Assembly: GCA_951406725.2 (NCBI GenBank)
Contig: OX597821.1
Coordinates: 50,530,001-50,594,000, forward strand
Direction of reading: 5' to 3'
DNA: 64,000 nt
Source: Octopus vulgaris
Lineage: Eukaryota
Below the pieces are notes generated by a model. It saw only the letters and a program-made list of their open reading frames with translations, did no database searches and had not been told where the DNA came from. Shown here piece after piece: positions 37,230-52,594 of this stretch; within the stretch, counting starts at the first letter, position 1, and each line of letters opens with the position of its first letter. The translations under genes and the position numbers were made by a program.

Positions 37230-40034
37230 GTACATAGAAGATGGCCGTCCACTCGTGACCGAGGATGACCATTGCCGACCTTCAGGAACATTGTGCGCTC
37301 TAGGACTAACTTATATTTTGCATTTGCGGCTCCGTTGGTGGCTAATGAGCCCTGCTCTTGACAAGCATACACGACTGCAAACATTGCAGACCAAGCTTTC
37401 CCCATTCACTATACGAGCCGTGCGGTTTCGCGCAGCTCGCTTAAGTTTTTCATGCTGGATACGTGCTCTCTCAAAAGTGTCGATCCCCTCCTTAACCTGC
37501 TTCCTCCATGTGTGGCGATGACAGGCATTGTTCTCCCAGTCAGTGTCCTGCATATCAAAGGCCTTTAACGAGGACTTGACACAGTCCTTAAATCGCAGCC
37601 TTGGTTTCTGCCGGAGTCTCCTTCCATTCACAAGTTCCCCATAGAGCATCTGCTTAGGAATCCTTCTATCCTCCATTCTAATAAGGTGTCCAGTCCAACG
37701 CAACCGGTGCTTGTGTACCATCGCCTCAATACTCAAGATATCAGCTGTCCTCAGGATCTGTGTGTCTGGAATTTTTGAGGTCCAGCCAACATTGAGAATG
37801 TGTCTGAGACATCTCTGATGAAAACGTTCAAGGATCCTTACCTGACGTTTGTACAGAGTCCATGTCTCACATGAGTAGAGAAGCGATGTCAGTACACAAG
37901 CACGGTACACAGCAACTTTTGTTCTCCTTGCGATGCCATGTTGGGACCAGACACGAGATTGAAGTGACCGGAAGGAATTAGTTGCTCTCTGCAACCTGAA
38001 AGATATTTCCTCATCCAGGGAGCAAGAACGGCTGAGTGTGCTGCCCAGGTAGACAAACTTGTCTACTACCTTCAGAATTTTTCCTTCAACCAAGATAGCT
38101 GGTTCTATATATGGATTTCCTGGTGCAGGCTGGAACATTACAACAGTCTTGTCCAGGCTAATGCTGAGTCCAAATGCCCTGCAAGAAGCAGAAATGCAAT
38201 TCATGAGTATTTGCATGTCATCCACTGTATGAGTGACTAAGTCACAGTCATCTGCATAAAGGAGGTCACGAATAATAGACTGGGACACCTTTGAATTGGC
38301 AGCAAATCGGCGAAGATTAAAGAGGCGGCCAGAAGATCGATATCTGACATATATTCCCAGAGAGTTAACCTTAGCAAAAGCATGAGTAAAAACAGCAGCA
38401 AAGTACAAAGAAAAGAGAGTTGGGGCAAGGATGTCACCCTGCTTGACACCATTCTCTACAGGAATGGGTCCCGCCATGGCACCACCAACATTGACCCAAG
38501 CCTCCATCCCATCATGAAATGATTTAATTATAGATACAAAGTGATCCGGACATCCAAGTTTGCCAAGTATTTTCCATAGAAAGGCCCTATTTACAGTATC
38601 AAAAGGCCTTAGTCAAATCAATGGATACTTGGACAAGATCCATATTCTGCTCATAGCACTTCTCCTGCATCTGTCTTGCTGTGAAAATCATATCCATTGT
38701 CCATTTTCCGTCTACCAGATCGGAAGCCACATTGAGATTCAGATAGGACATCATTTACGAGACACCCATTCAGACGGGTGAGAAGAATATTTGCCAGAAC
38801 CTTGCCAGCAGCTGATAGTAGAGCAATACCTCTGTAGTTACCACACATTGTTCTGGCTCCTTTTCCTTTATATAGAGGAAGAATAATTGCATCCTTCCAG
38901 TCCTTAGGGATTGCACCATCCCTCCAGACTGCACTAATAAGTTCATGAAGGGACTGTGTGATGCAATTACCACCAAATCTCAAGACCTCAGTACAAATTC
39001 CAAATTCCACCCTTTCCAGGTGCCCTACCAAGATTCAATTTACTTATTGATGTCATTACTTCATGTATTGATGGCGAGGAGTCTAAAGAGTCAATGATAG
39101 GTCTTTGTTTCATAGTATCAATCACTGTTTCATCCACAACTGACTCCTGGTTTAGGAGTTTAGAGAAGTGTTCGATCCAGCGACCTGTGATTTCTGTTGA
39201 TTTAGTAAACAGAGTGGAAGACTCCTTGGAAAGCAAAGGAGCTGATGTGGAGCTCTTAGGTCTATAAGCTCGCTTCATAAGATGGTAAAGCTTCTTGCTG
39301 TCATTTGCATCAGCAGCAGCCTGAACATCACGAGCAAGATCCTCCCACCAAGTGTTCTGCATCTTCCTGAGAGATCGCTGCAGTAGTGATTTTACACTGT
39401 TATAGTGGGCAAGTGCTAGACTTCGCTGCACAGTAGACAGTTCTCTGTGCAGCAACACACTGTGGGCATAGCGCTTCACCACTAATAGTCGTTGAATTTC
39501 AGCATCATTCTCATCAAACCAGTCTCTGTGTCTGGCAGTAATATACCCCAGTGTTTCGGCTGCACATTGAACAACCTGGTCTCGAAAATCTTCCCATGCT
39601 GCAGCAGTTTCAATGCTGGACAAGCGAGTCTGAAGCTCTTTCCTAACCACAACGTCATATACCTTGTGGACATTTAGACGGCGAGGAATGCTGACTGGTC
39701 CTCTTCTCTCTTTCGCCCCAATCACCATTCGGAACTTTGCTCGCACCAGACTGTAGTCTGTCCAGCATTCTGATCCATGCAAGGACTTGACATTACAAAT
39801 GTCATAAATGTCACGCTTGCGGATGATGACGTAATCCAGCAAGTGCCAAAGAGTAGGGAAAATGAATAGCAATGGTCTCATGCTACTGGAGCTTTGCGAA
39901 GAACATGGACTTTACATTGCAAGTACTCATTTTGTGCACAAAGGTGATCACACAACAACATGGATGCATCCAAGGTCCAAAGTTTGGCACTTGCTGGATT
40001 ACGTCATCATCCGCAAGCGCGGCATTTATGACAT
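37230..40034 (-). mobile_element. RTE LINE with 5' inversion, copy 2
   Basis: ORFs 37311-38507, 38651-39031 and 38988-39881 are near-identical to copy 1. Confidence 0.93.
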
Positions 40035-40433
40035 ACATACATACATACATACATACATACAACTATATGCATGAGAATACATACATAACACAAAAATACA
40101 AATCTGCATTCATACATACATACATACATACATACATACATACATACATACATACATACATACATACAAGAACATCCTGTTGATGTTGAGATTTCAAAAG
40201 GAGCCTTGGATCTAGGTTAGAAACCGGTTATTTCAGTACTGGCAAGAAATCTTGAAATAAACAAACTGACATACATGACATACATACATACATACATACA
40301 TACATACATACATACTTACAAGCATGCATGCATACATACATACAAACATACATGGACGGATGCATTCATGGATGATTCCATGCATACATACATACATATA
40401 CACACATACATACATACATACATTCATTAATCT

Positions 40434-40942
40434 CACTCCCAAAACGAAGAAAAAACAACGCGATGGCGTGCAAAGTTCTCGAGGTGGTCATTAATCTCTG
40501 CAGTAATTTTGGGAGCTGTACTTTTGTGATCCTTTCCAACAATTCGCGTAAGCGTCCGACGGTCCCTATTTGAAAGTTTTCTTCCTGAGTTTTGTTTCGA
40601 CGAAGTTTTTCCTTCTTTCTCAAACGCTGTCATTACTTTCGAAGCAGTACTTCTTGATACACCAAACATTTCGGTTGTTTTCGTTACGCTAGCGCTAGCC
40701 ATACGAGTACCAACACTTTGACCTCTTTGAAAGTCTGATAGATCTGTCATTTTACTGAATTTTAATTACGTTTTTCTGGTGATATCTGAAAACAAACAGC
40801 AATTTTAGCAACACATATTAAGCAACACTAATAATGAATAAAAAAAAACATGAAAATAAACAAGCTTTTGACGGTTTTATAGATATTTCAAAATTATGAT
40901 GCTATGATGCTAGGTGTTTCCATTATTTATGTCCAACCCCTG
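40434..40942 (-). mobile_element. Tc1-like left end, copy 2
   Basis: Same as 9060-9568. Confidence 0.85.
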
Positions 40943-41157
40943 TATCTAAATACACACACACACACGCACATACACACGCAGATACACACAAATAAATAAA
41001 TATGTATATATATAAGGTGAACTGGAAGAATCGTTAGCATCCCAGGCGCCATGCTTAGCGGCATTTCGTTTGTCTTCATATTCTGAGCTCAAAGTCGTTG
41101 AGGTCGACCTTACCTTTCATCCTTTCCCATAAAATAAGTACCAGTTATGCGTATGTA

Positions 41158-41202
<45 letters not shown>

Positions 41203-43601
41203 CTAATTTTATTTACTACGTTATAGAAAGTAAAAATGAACCGGGAAGTAAAGGACAAAATAAATAGTTCTTGGCTAAAATTTTACAGTACATACTTGTC
41301 TTTATAACAAAAAGGAATTACTAAATGACATGCATATATGTGAATGAAGAGAGTGTAAGGTTGAGTGGGAATAGAGAAGAAGAAAGCAAGAAAGATAGAT
41401 AGATAGAGAGGGAGAGAGAATTTTTATTCACCATAAGGTTGAGAAAAACAGGGGACAATACGGGGACAGACAAAACAAACGTTGGGGTCAGGGTATCGAA
41501 TGAGACGAAACGTATGAATAAACAAACAAGGGTAGAAACATTCAGTTAAAAGCCAGGTAGATAGTCAGATTTACGAGCGTAGGTCGATCGCTAGTTTTAA
41601 AAATGTTTAATGACAAATAGTGGTTTAGATAAAAATATACTGTAAAAGAGGAAATTTGAAACAAAGACAGAGACTAAAAGACAGATAGAGGGGCTATTAG
41701 CTTAAAGTAAAAACAAGTATACGCTGACATAAAGAACATGTCTGAGAATACATACACTGATAGTCCCCGTGTGAGCGAAAACGATAAGAAAATTCCTTTT
41801 ATGGTAATTCTGTTTTTTAAGTGTATCTCGGATTTCATTGTATTCTTTTCTTTTGAAAGAGGATAGAGAGACTTGTTTGTTATTCCTAGTACCGTAAATC
41901 CTCGAGTATAGTCCGCCCTTGAGTATAATACGCAGGGGATTTTTAGGGGGTTGTACCTTTGAAAAACCTAAACCTTGTGTATAATATGCACTCCTTCTCT
42001 AACTTGAGTTAAGGAGGTCTATATAACGTCCTTGGTTTGTAAAATGTATATGGTAACGTACTTTATTAATATTTTATATATAACAATGCAAACGTGTAGC
42101 ATTTTTGTGCATTTTGTTTGCAGAAAATAAAGAAATAACAGTAATAACGTTTAATAAATGTTGCTTACTGCAAGTTATGGATGGTTCTTTTATGACCTCA
42201 TTGGTTTCAGGCTGATATTAAGGTATTTTTGCGCCCAACATCAGAAAATGCGTCTGAATAAACATTGCCGGACAGCAAATAGAGACTCGAACATTGTTTA
42301 GAAAATAATTTTCATTTTTAACCTCGTGTATAATACGCACTAGGGATTTTGACCTTTAAATTTTGGGAAATTTGTTCTCTCAACCCCCTATCATACCTAA
42401 TCTCGAAATATAGCTATAGGAATGGATCTAGCAAAATCTATCCTTTTCTTTATTGCTGACCTCAAGTTGTAAGGGCCAAGTATTAACAATATTAAAATGC
42501 AACTAGATCTCATAACCCAAATTTTCGAAGGAATTGGAATAAAATTTGGTGAGTCTAAATGTACATTCTTGATGGCAAACCATGGGAAACTTATGTTTTC
42601 ATCGAGCACACTAAACATGAACGACTTGAAAAACTACAGTCTTTACTCTCTAGGGGAAGCTTCAAAGATCTTGGACAGGATGATAACGTACGATGGACCC
42701 ATCAAGTAGGAGAAGTTAAGGAATGTGTACTTCAAAAGAGTTATAAAATATGGTTGTTTTTTACTCTCAGCTTATAACAAGTATATCGCTCATAATATCT
42801 TTGCAGTCCATGTCCTCACGGTTACGTTTGGCCTTTTAAACTGCAAATACTCAGCTAGATATCCGTACGAACTTGCAAGCTCCTCTGTGTTACTGGAAAC
42901 TTCAAGATCCATAGGGATGTAGATAGAGTATTCTTCCCAAGCAAGTTTGGTAGCTGTTATTTTAAATTTGTGTTGATGTCGCATGGAGCACGTATTGTAA
43001 AACTTAGAAAGAGGCCTGTAACTATCTTGTCCAAGTTTGTGACTATGAAATCAACAACATAATTAGGATAATTAATGAACTTGAGGAGAGGCATGAAATA
43101 AGAGCCGATGCTGAGCTTTCCTCCAGGAGCACTGGTAAATTTTATTTATCAGGAGAATAAAATAAAAGAATGGACCAGTTCAACGAGAAGGTAATGAATA
43201 GATACTTAGTACAAAAGACATAAACCCTAGATAGAATACATCATAGCAAAAGCTTGGCATGGAGTACCCAGAAGCTTATGGTATCCTATTTTGAGGGTTA
43301 CCTCCCTGCAATTCAAGATCGAGAACTTTCCATCAAATATCTCTGCATGAAATGCAGAAAGCATTGATAGACAAAAAAAAAAAAAAATGTAAGCTGTACA
43401 AAAATAAAACTGAAGACATCAATCACATTATTGATAAATGCGAAAGAATGTCTTCTAGATATCATCTTCCTCCGAAGCATGATGTATAACCAGAACAGTC
43501 TGGAAGAAACAGGAAATTACCAAGCAAGTTGACTATATCAAGACTGATGAGTCAAAAGAATATTGGTGGAACTTAAAAAAAAATATCAAAACAGCCATTA
43601 A

Positions 43602-46298
43602 CCTTCTGTCTACCAATGGGTCCAATGGATCCATTTCAGTCTTTACAGTTGCTTTTTCTACTGCTTTTATTATTTGATTCTGCTGATTTCTCGTGACTTT
43701 TATTTTTCTTGACTCTATTTTATTTGTCAAATGAGAAATTTTCCGTATGTTTATAAAAGCTAGAAAATTTCACTTTATACATTAATTACCGTATGGGTCC
43801 ATTGGACCCTCGAATTAAATTCAGACATTACTCCTGTCGTTCTAAACGGAATAAAAGCAGTATTAAATATTATATTCCTAGATATTTATCAGATATAAAA
43901 TAGATGAAATTGTATTCAATTTATTTGCTGAATTTTAGATAAAATAGGAAAAATTATGAAAATATTCCTGTGGTATTGCATCACCTTCAACCTGCTAGGT
44001 TGTAGGGTGATGTAAAATTTCTATAGTATGACGCAATTCTTACAATATATTGCATCATCTTTCAGGAGAGTATAAATATGAGAGAGCAATATCTGCCTTT
44101 AGTCTGCTATCAAGTTTCATGTTGTTCAGTTGTGCTTTCCAATATGATTAGACGTGAAAACTTGAGTGAAGACCAAATATCAAAAAGGCGATTAGAATTA
44201 GATGAAGAATGGGAAGAAGATAGTAGTGATTCCTTCTATTGATCTGAAGATGATGGTGATAGTGATTGTGTGCTGGAAAATTTAGATTCTGTATAATCAG
44301 ATTATGAAGATACTCAAAAACAATTATCTGCAAGCCACCCAATTATGAATGCGCAATATGTTTCTAGAGATAGACAAGAAGCTTGGCATTCTAATCCTCT
44401 TACTCAAGCAGCAGTAAGGACTTCATCTTGCAATATTGTGCGCTGAGAATGTGGACCATCCCATTTTGCTAAAAGGTCTTGCAATAGCATTGAAACATGT
44501 TTCACTATCTTTATGCGCCATGGACAAATGTTGAAGGTCAGGTTGTTTACAAAGATAAATGGAAGGAAATGGATCACGCTGAACTAAAGAAATTTACTGG
44601 ACTGATTATTCTTATAGGTGTTTGTAAATCTAAACATGAAAATGTCGCACAGTTATGGAGTCAAGAAGATGGAAGCCCAATATTCAACAAAATTATGAGC
44701 CGGGGAAGGTTTCAACAGATTTTTAGAGGTATTGCGTTTTGATGATGCTAGTGCAAGAAGAAAAAAGAGAAATGATGATAAATTGGAGCCCATAAGAGAA
44801 GTATTTGAAATGTGGAATCAGAATTTGCAAAATGGATATGTTCCAAGTTGATGCATGACAATTGACGAACAATTAGTTTCATTCAGCGAGCGCTGCCCAT
44901 TCCGGGTATATATTCCTTCAAAACCAGGGAAATATGGAATTAAAATTTGAGCAATATGCGACAGTGAAACATCTTATGCCTGGAAAATGCAAATCTACAC
45001 TGGAAAAGTCCCAGTAAAAGGGACAGAGACAAATCAAGGTTCAAGAGTTGTTGAAGACCTATTAAAAGAACTTGAAAATACTGGTCACAGTATAACTTGT
45101 GATCATTTCTTTACAAGTCTAGGATTGGCTTGAAAGCTGCTTAACAAGAAAAGTACTTTAGTTGGAACAATTAGAAAGAACAGAGTTGAACTTCCAAGTG
45201 CTTTCACAAATGGAAAAGAAAGAGAAATCAACAGCACAATATTTGGATTTCAAAAAGATTCCATGATCCTATCTTATTGCTCCAAGAAAAATTATGTAGT
45301 CACACTTATGAGTACAACGCATTCTCAGCCTTCAATTGATCCAAAAAGTGCTGAAAAGAAACCTGAAATTATTACATGTTACAACAAAGCAAAAGGAGGA
45401 GTAGATACTCTAGATAAGATGGTAAGGCCATACACTTGCAAAAGAAAGACTCGAAGATGACCTATGGTTATATTCTACAGCATGATTGATATAAGTGCAG
45501 TGAATGCTTTCATTGTTGCTAAACAGCTTCACTTGCAAAGTTTCAAGGATAAAAGAAGACAGTTCCTCATTCAGTTAGGAAAGCAATTTGCTGGAGTTAA
45601 TGCTAAACAAGAACATAACAATCTTCTAGTTCTGCTAACATTTCTCAACCAAACAAGAAAAGAAGATAATCTTCAACCTCATTTGAGATTCCTCAGCCAA
45701 AGAAAAAAAGATGTTCTTTGTGTGACCCACAAAAAGACAGGAAAACTCGTACTACATGTAATAATTGTAATATCCATGCTTGCTAAGAACATTCCAATGT
45801 TGTCAGCATTCACTGCCATGAAGAACTGTAATTCTGTATTTTTGTAATTTTTAAAATTTATAATATATTCTGTAAGCTGTATTTCTTAAAATTAAAATTT
45901 GTGAGAAACAGTAATTCTTCATTCACCTGATAGCATATATAATGTAGCTAAGAAATAGTGGTAGTTTGAATAAAATTTAGTTAAAAGAAACATATTGGGC
46001 GGCGAGCTGTTAGAAACGTTAGCACGCCGGGCGAAATGTTTAAGCGCTATTTCGTCTGCCGCTACGTTCTGAGTTCAAATTCCGCCGAGGTCGTCTTTGC
46101 CTTTCATCCTTTCGGGGTCGATAAATTAAGTACCAATTACGTACTGGGGTCGATGTAATCGACTTAATCCCTTTGTTTGCCCTTGTTTGTCCCTTCTATG
46201 TTTAGCCCCTTGTAGGCAGTAAAGAAATAAGAAACATATTGGGTCCATAGGACCCAGTTGGTAATGAGTGACATACATTTTCTCAGGTAGACCAAGGG
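43602..46298 (+). mobile_element. piggyBac with nested SINE, copy 2
   Basis: Same termini and motifs as 12235-14931. Confidence 0.92.
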
Positions 46299-46717
46299 TA
46301 AAGTTAAAATACAACTGGGTAGATGTGTTGGGCTACGAGAAAAAAAAGTTCTGTTGTGGAAATCAGCTGCCCTGTGGACACTAAAATTATCAGAAAATAC
46401 AAGAGAAAGAGGACACCTATGGATCATTAAGTAGGAATTTCCATATCCAGGACCCAAGATACACTTTCATTTTGACAACTATCATTATTGGAGCAACGGG
46501 ACACGTACAAACCCACCTGAGCAAAGCATGGCTGAACTTGGAGTTTTGAAGTTTTCTAATGCATAAGCAACAAATGATCCTGATATTTGGGACTCTCAAA
46601 GTTTGCAAGGTCTTAAGATTTAAAATATGATAAGCTAAGGTACGACAAATATAACTTACCTAAAAAGTAGCCACCGCAAAAAAAATCAGAGTAGCTGAAG
46701 ATTTATTTGAGCCCCAA

Positions 46718-46820
<103 letters not shown>

Positions 46821-46901
46821 CTTTCATCCATCCAACCGTTTGTTTGTCTGTTTTGTCTGTGTGTATGTGTGTGTTCACACACACACACACACACATATAC
46901 A

Positions 46902-46935
<34 letters not shown>

Positions 46936-46940
46936 CATAC

Positions 46941-46996
<56 letters not shown>

Positions 46997-47011
46997 TTAT
47001 TTTATAGAAGG

Positions 47012-47062
47012 AGCTTCTACAGGACTAGAACTGTTTCATTCAAAAGAAATCATCAGGAAGCT
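47012..47062 (-). ncRNA. Type I hammerhead motif, copy 2
   Basis: Identical to 15634-15684. Confidence 0.85.
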
Positions 47063-47272
47063 AGGTGACAAGAATAGTTTTGGCATTTATACATTTAGGC
47101 AGGTTTAAAGGGGTGGTGGTGGGGGACTTTTGGGGCAGGCATGGCGCAAACTATCATTCTTAGGGGAGTGGTCAAAGGAATCAGTGATAAAGTAGATAAA
47201 AGAATAAATAGAATAATAGAGTTTTAGGTAAATAAGGAGACTCTCACTTATACACACATATATATATATATG

Positions 47273-47304
<32 letters not shown>

Positions 47305-47323
47305 TATATATACATATATACAC

Positions 47324-47364
<41 letters not shown>

Positions 47365-47549
47365 CATACATATATACATACACATACACACATACATATG
47401 CACCCATTTACATACATCTACGTACACACCCATATCCATACTCATACATACACTCATATCTCTACACACATATATAAAAAAAATATAAATATAAATATAA
47501 CTACAAAACCAAATATAAAGGAGGATATACACCCCCATACACACACGCT

Positions 47550-47623
<74 letters not shown>

Positions 47624-47634
47624 CACACATACAT

Positions 47635-47675
<41 letters not shown>

Positions 47676-48384
47676 CATATATACATACACATACATATGC
47701 ATATACATGCACACACATACACACACGTTTCTTCCCTAATTTTAATTTTATCTTTATCTTTACCTTTATTTTTATTTGGACCTCGACCCACCAGGCCAGC
47801 TCTCCCAAGGGAGCAAGCCTGGTCGGCCTAAAGACACCATTTATTGCCCTTCTCCCTTCCTTTCTATCTTTCTTCCACTGATACGAACACAAACACTAAC
47901 ACACGCACACACACACACACGCACACACACACACACGCACACTCATACACATGCACAAACGCACGTGTTATATTCATACATACATAAGTGTACCGACTTT
48001 CACATAAACGTACACATAACTATGTACACACAAAACCACATACACACATATATACATATACATATATATACATACATATACATACACATATATATACACA
48101 TACACACACGCACATACCTACATATACATACACATATATACTTACACCAGTCATATACATACCTACATACACATACATGCATATATCTATACATATACAT
48201 ACACATATATATACACATGCACATACCAATACACATACGCATATCTACGCACATACACGCACACACATCTATCTACATATATAAAAAAAGAAACCCAACA
48301 AGTCCATACATATACACACATACACATACATACATACATATACACGTATATATACTCATACATATATACACATATATACACATA

Positions 48385-48429
<45 letters not shown>

Positions 48430-48698
48430 CATATGGCAGATAAGAAAATGGAGAGGATACAAAACGACATACATCATCCAGTAGACATTCCATACCGGAT
48501 GATGTATGTCATTTTGTATCCCCTCCATTTTCTTATCTGCTGTATAAATTAAGGGTAAACCACTTTTTACCCCCGCCCATATTTGACAATTGCGAGATTG
48601 CCACGCAATAACCAGCATTTGGGTATGAATTATTGGGTATACTACCAGCAGTATATTGGATAGGTACTATCCCTTAGTTGGTTGGTTTCCCAACCTCT

Positions 48699-48746
<48 letters not shown>

Positions 48747-48899
48747 TATATATATATATAGTTGAAGTTTACATAGAAACAAAAGACGAAGGCAGGTGTA
48801 TAAACAACGGGTAGGAGCATTAGTTTGACGCTCAGGAAAGCGAGTAAGTCTTTCACGTTTCGAGCCTACGCTCTTCAACAGAAAGGAACACGATGAAAT

Positions 48900-48961
<62 letters not shown>

Positions 48962-49316
48962 AAGAAAAAAACTTTTGGAGTTAGCGGTCAATCATGGTGA
49001 TATATATATGTATATATAAACACACACCGATAGAGTAAGTACTAAGCTTACAAAGAATAAGTCCTTGGTCAATTTGTTGGACTAAGTGCAGTGCTCAAAC
49101 ATTGCCGCAGTCAGATGACTGAAATAAATAAAAGAATAAAAGAATATACAACGGCGGTGCTCCAGTATGACCGCAGCTTTTATGCTGAAACAATTTAAAG
49201 AATGTAAAGAATATATACGAATACGTCTGCCTGTCTTCTGTCTATCAGTCTGTCTATCTGTCTCTCCCCTTCTCTTTGTATATATATATATATATATATA
49301 AATTATATACATATAT

Positions 49317-49364
<48 letters not shown>

Positions 49365-49551
49365 TATGAATTTTATACATACATATAAATTATATATATA
49401 TACAAATTTAAAAAATAATTTTTCCCTTACAAATCTTGAAAATTTGCCTTGCAATGAAAACCGTTTGATTTCCTTTTTGTATATTTTTCATACACCCATT
49501 TTTATTAAAATTTGCTTTCAGTTTAGCATTCTGCCTTCTTATTTTTCCTCT

Positions 49552-49612
<61 letters not shown>

Positions 49613-49618
<6 letters not shown>

Positions 49619-50446
49619 TAATAAATAAAATATATGCATACATACATACATACATATATGTACGTACCTACATCTACATGTATATATACATGCATATATA
49701 AATATATATATGTGAGTACAGGACACCACAAATAGACGTAGAACTCAACGAGAAACGAAAACGTAAAAACAAACATGGAAACGGACTTTTTTAACAACGA
49801 AAAAGCAGAGTACAAGACAAACAATACAAGGAAAATTCCTCTTCATCAGCTGTCCCTAGTTCGACTACATGCGTGTTTCGAAGGTAAGGACAGAACACAA
49901 CTCGTCGAACTAGCCCTTCCTGCGAAAGAATTAAATAAAATTCCTTTGCAGAGGGGTAAAAACAAAGAGAGAAAAAATGTGACAAAAATAGGACGTAAAA
50001 ACAATACAAATAAAAAACAAATACAAAATAAAAATACGAATACAAAAAATACAGTACAAGTAAAGAATAAAAACAGGACAAGGAAACAAACATTGAGGGC
50101 TTTTTTTAGCCTAGACGATGGAAAAATTCAAGAACGCAGGAAAAAAGCATGTTCACTTGTAGGAGGCCGCCAGCGAAAGGAAGTGGTCGGCTCGGCTGTG
50201 TGAGAGATGAGGAGGAGTGAGAGAGAGAGAGAGATAGAGAGGAAAGGAAACCAGAAAGGGTGAAAAATAAGAAGGAGAGAGACAGGCAAAGAGGAAGACA
50301 GACAGGAAGGAAAGGGAAGGTCAAGCAAAGGGTTACAGAGTTTCGCGTCATAATTATATATAAAAACTTACTTGGAGAACAGAAAAGAAACGAAACGACG
50401 CGAGGGCGCCCAGTCATGCAATAAATTAATAAATAAAATATATGCA

Positions 50447-50479
<33 letters not shown>

Positions 50480-50811
50480 GTACGTACCTACATCTACATG
50501 TATATATACATGCATATATAAATATATATATGTGAGTACAGGACACCACAAATAGACGTAGAACTCAACGAGAAACGAAAACGTAATAACAAACATGGAA
50601 ACGGACTTTTTTTAACAACGAAAAAACAGAGTACAAGACAAACAATACAAGGAAAATTCCCCTTCATCAGCTGTCCCTAGTTCGACTCCATGCGTGTTTC
50701 GAAGGTAAGACAGAACACGACTCGTCGAACTAGCCCTTCCTGCGGAAACTCTGTAACCCTTTGCTTGACCTTCCCTTTCCTTCCTGTCTGTCTTCCTTTT
50801 TGCCTGTCTCT
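49613..50811 (-). mobile_element. Tandem element with non-canonically ordered hammerhead-like motifs, copy 2
   Basis: Same as 18244-19444; motifs at about 49834-49914 and 50655-50734. Confidence 0.75.
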
Positions 50812-50933
50812 AATTGTATTGTTCAATTAAACGGAGCTGCTTAAAAAAAATCGTGCTGCATCAACTCTTGATATCCTGTTGCTTATTTTGATATATATAT
50901 AATTTTTTAAATTTATTATATATTGATAATTCA

Positions 50934-50990
<57 letters not shown>

Positions 50991-52533
50991 TTATATATAA
51001 GTATTTGTGTGTCTGTGTTTGTCCCCCACCATCGCTTGACAACCGATGTTGGTGTGTTTACCTTCCCGTAACTTGGCGGTTCGGCACAAGAGACCGATAG
51101 AATAAGTACTAGGCTTACAAAGAATAAGTCCTGGGGTCGATTTGTTCGACTAAATGCGGTGCTCTAGCATGACCGCAGTCAAATGACTGAAACAAGTAAT
51201 AGAATATTATAGAATATAATAGAATATAAGAATTAAAGAACATATATACATAGACACACACATATACATTATATGTATGTGTGTGTGTGTGTGTGTGTGT
51301 GTGCGTGCGTGTGTGTGTATGTAAATGTATGTATGTATGTAACGTTTTCCAGCAGTAACGTTTTCCAGCGACGAGATAAGTAAGTTAATACCCATGACAC
51401 GAAGTCTTCAGTAAATCTGCATCGTAGCGTCTCTGTCAAAGTAAACACACCGTGATTAAATCACATGTTTTTCTCTCGACGTTCAGAAAAGAGGTCGACT
51501 CGAATTGTTTAAGCATTAATTTTAACCACATGAGAAATCATGAACTCATTCCACTTCACGGGGAGAATAGTAGTTTGTATCTATTATTAAACGTCGGAGC
51601 TAAGATCTGTCTTTTTGCTAAAAATATTTGCTCGTAAGCTTACTTTACGTTTTTGCTTAACGACGTGAAGTGCTATTTATTGACTTATTTACATTACTAA
51701 CGCTTGTACAAATATAAAATCTCAGCAGAATAATTTAGTTCTGTTCGATTTCGTTCTGTTACAAATAGTTAGGTGCTAATATTCTGTCTGTGTACAAAAA
51801 TGAGCAAGCGACCTCTGATGAGGCTTTGGTAAATACTGAAACTAAGTTGATCTATCTGCTTTCTCACTACAAGCATCAATAGCTGTGGTTTAGCAACTGT
51901 GTATACTGTATTGCACATCGATTATTCGTGTATGTATGTATGTATGTATGTATGTATGTATGTATGTATGTATGCATGCATGTGTGTGTGTCTATTCTTA
52001 TATTCTTTTATTTGCTTCAGTCATTTAACTGCGGCCATGCTGGAGCACCGCCTTTAGTCGAACAAATCGACCCCAGGACTTATTCTTTGTAAGCCTAGTA
52101 CTTATTCTATCCATTTCTTTTGCTGAACCGTTAGGTTACGGGGACGTAAACACATCAACACCGGTTGTCACGTGATGATGGGGTGGACAGACACAGCCAC
52201 ACAAATGCACACACACACACAACAGTCTTCTTCCAGTTTCCGCCTACCAAATCCACTCACAAGGCTTTGGTCGGCCCGAGGCTATAGTAGAAGACACTTG
52301 CTCAAGGTGTCACACAGAGGGACTGAATCCAGAACCATGTGGTTGGTAAGCAAGCTGCTTATCACATTGCCACTCCTACATCCCACATAGTCACTCCTGC
52401 TCTCCACACAGCCACTCCTGCGCCCCTCACAGCCATATGTACGTATGTGTGTGTTTACTAAAAAATATATATATATACTCATAGTTTGCCTTACATTTCT
52501 ACAAACACACAGACAAACACAGACACAGACACA

Positions 52534-52594
<61 letters not shown>
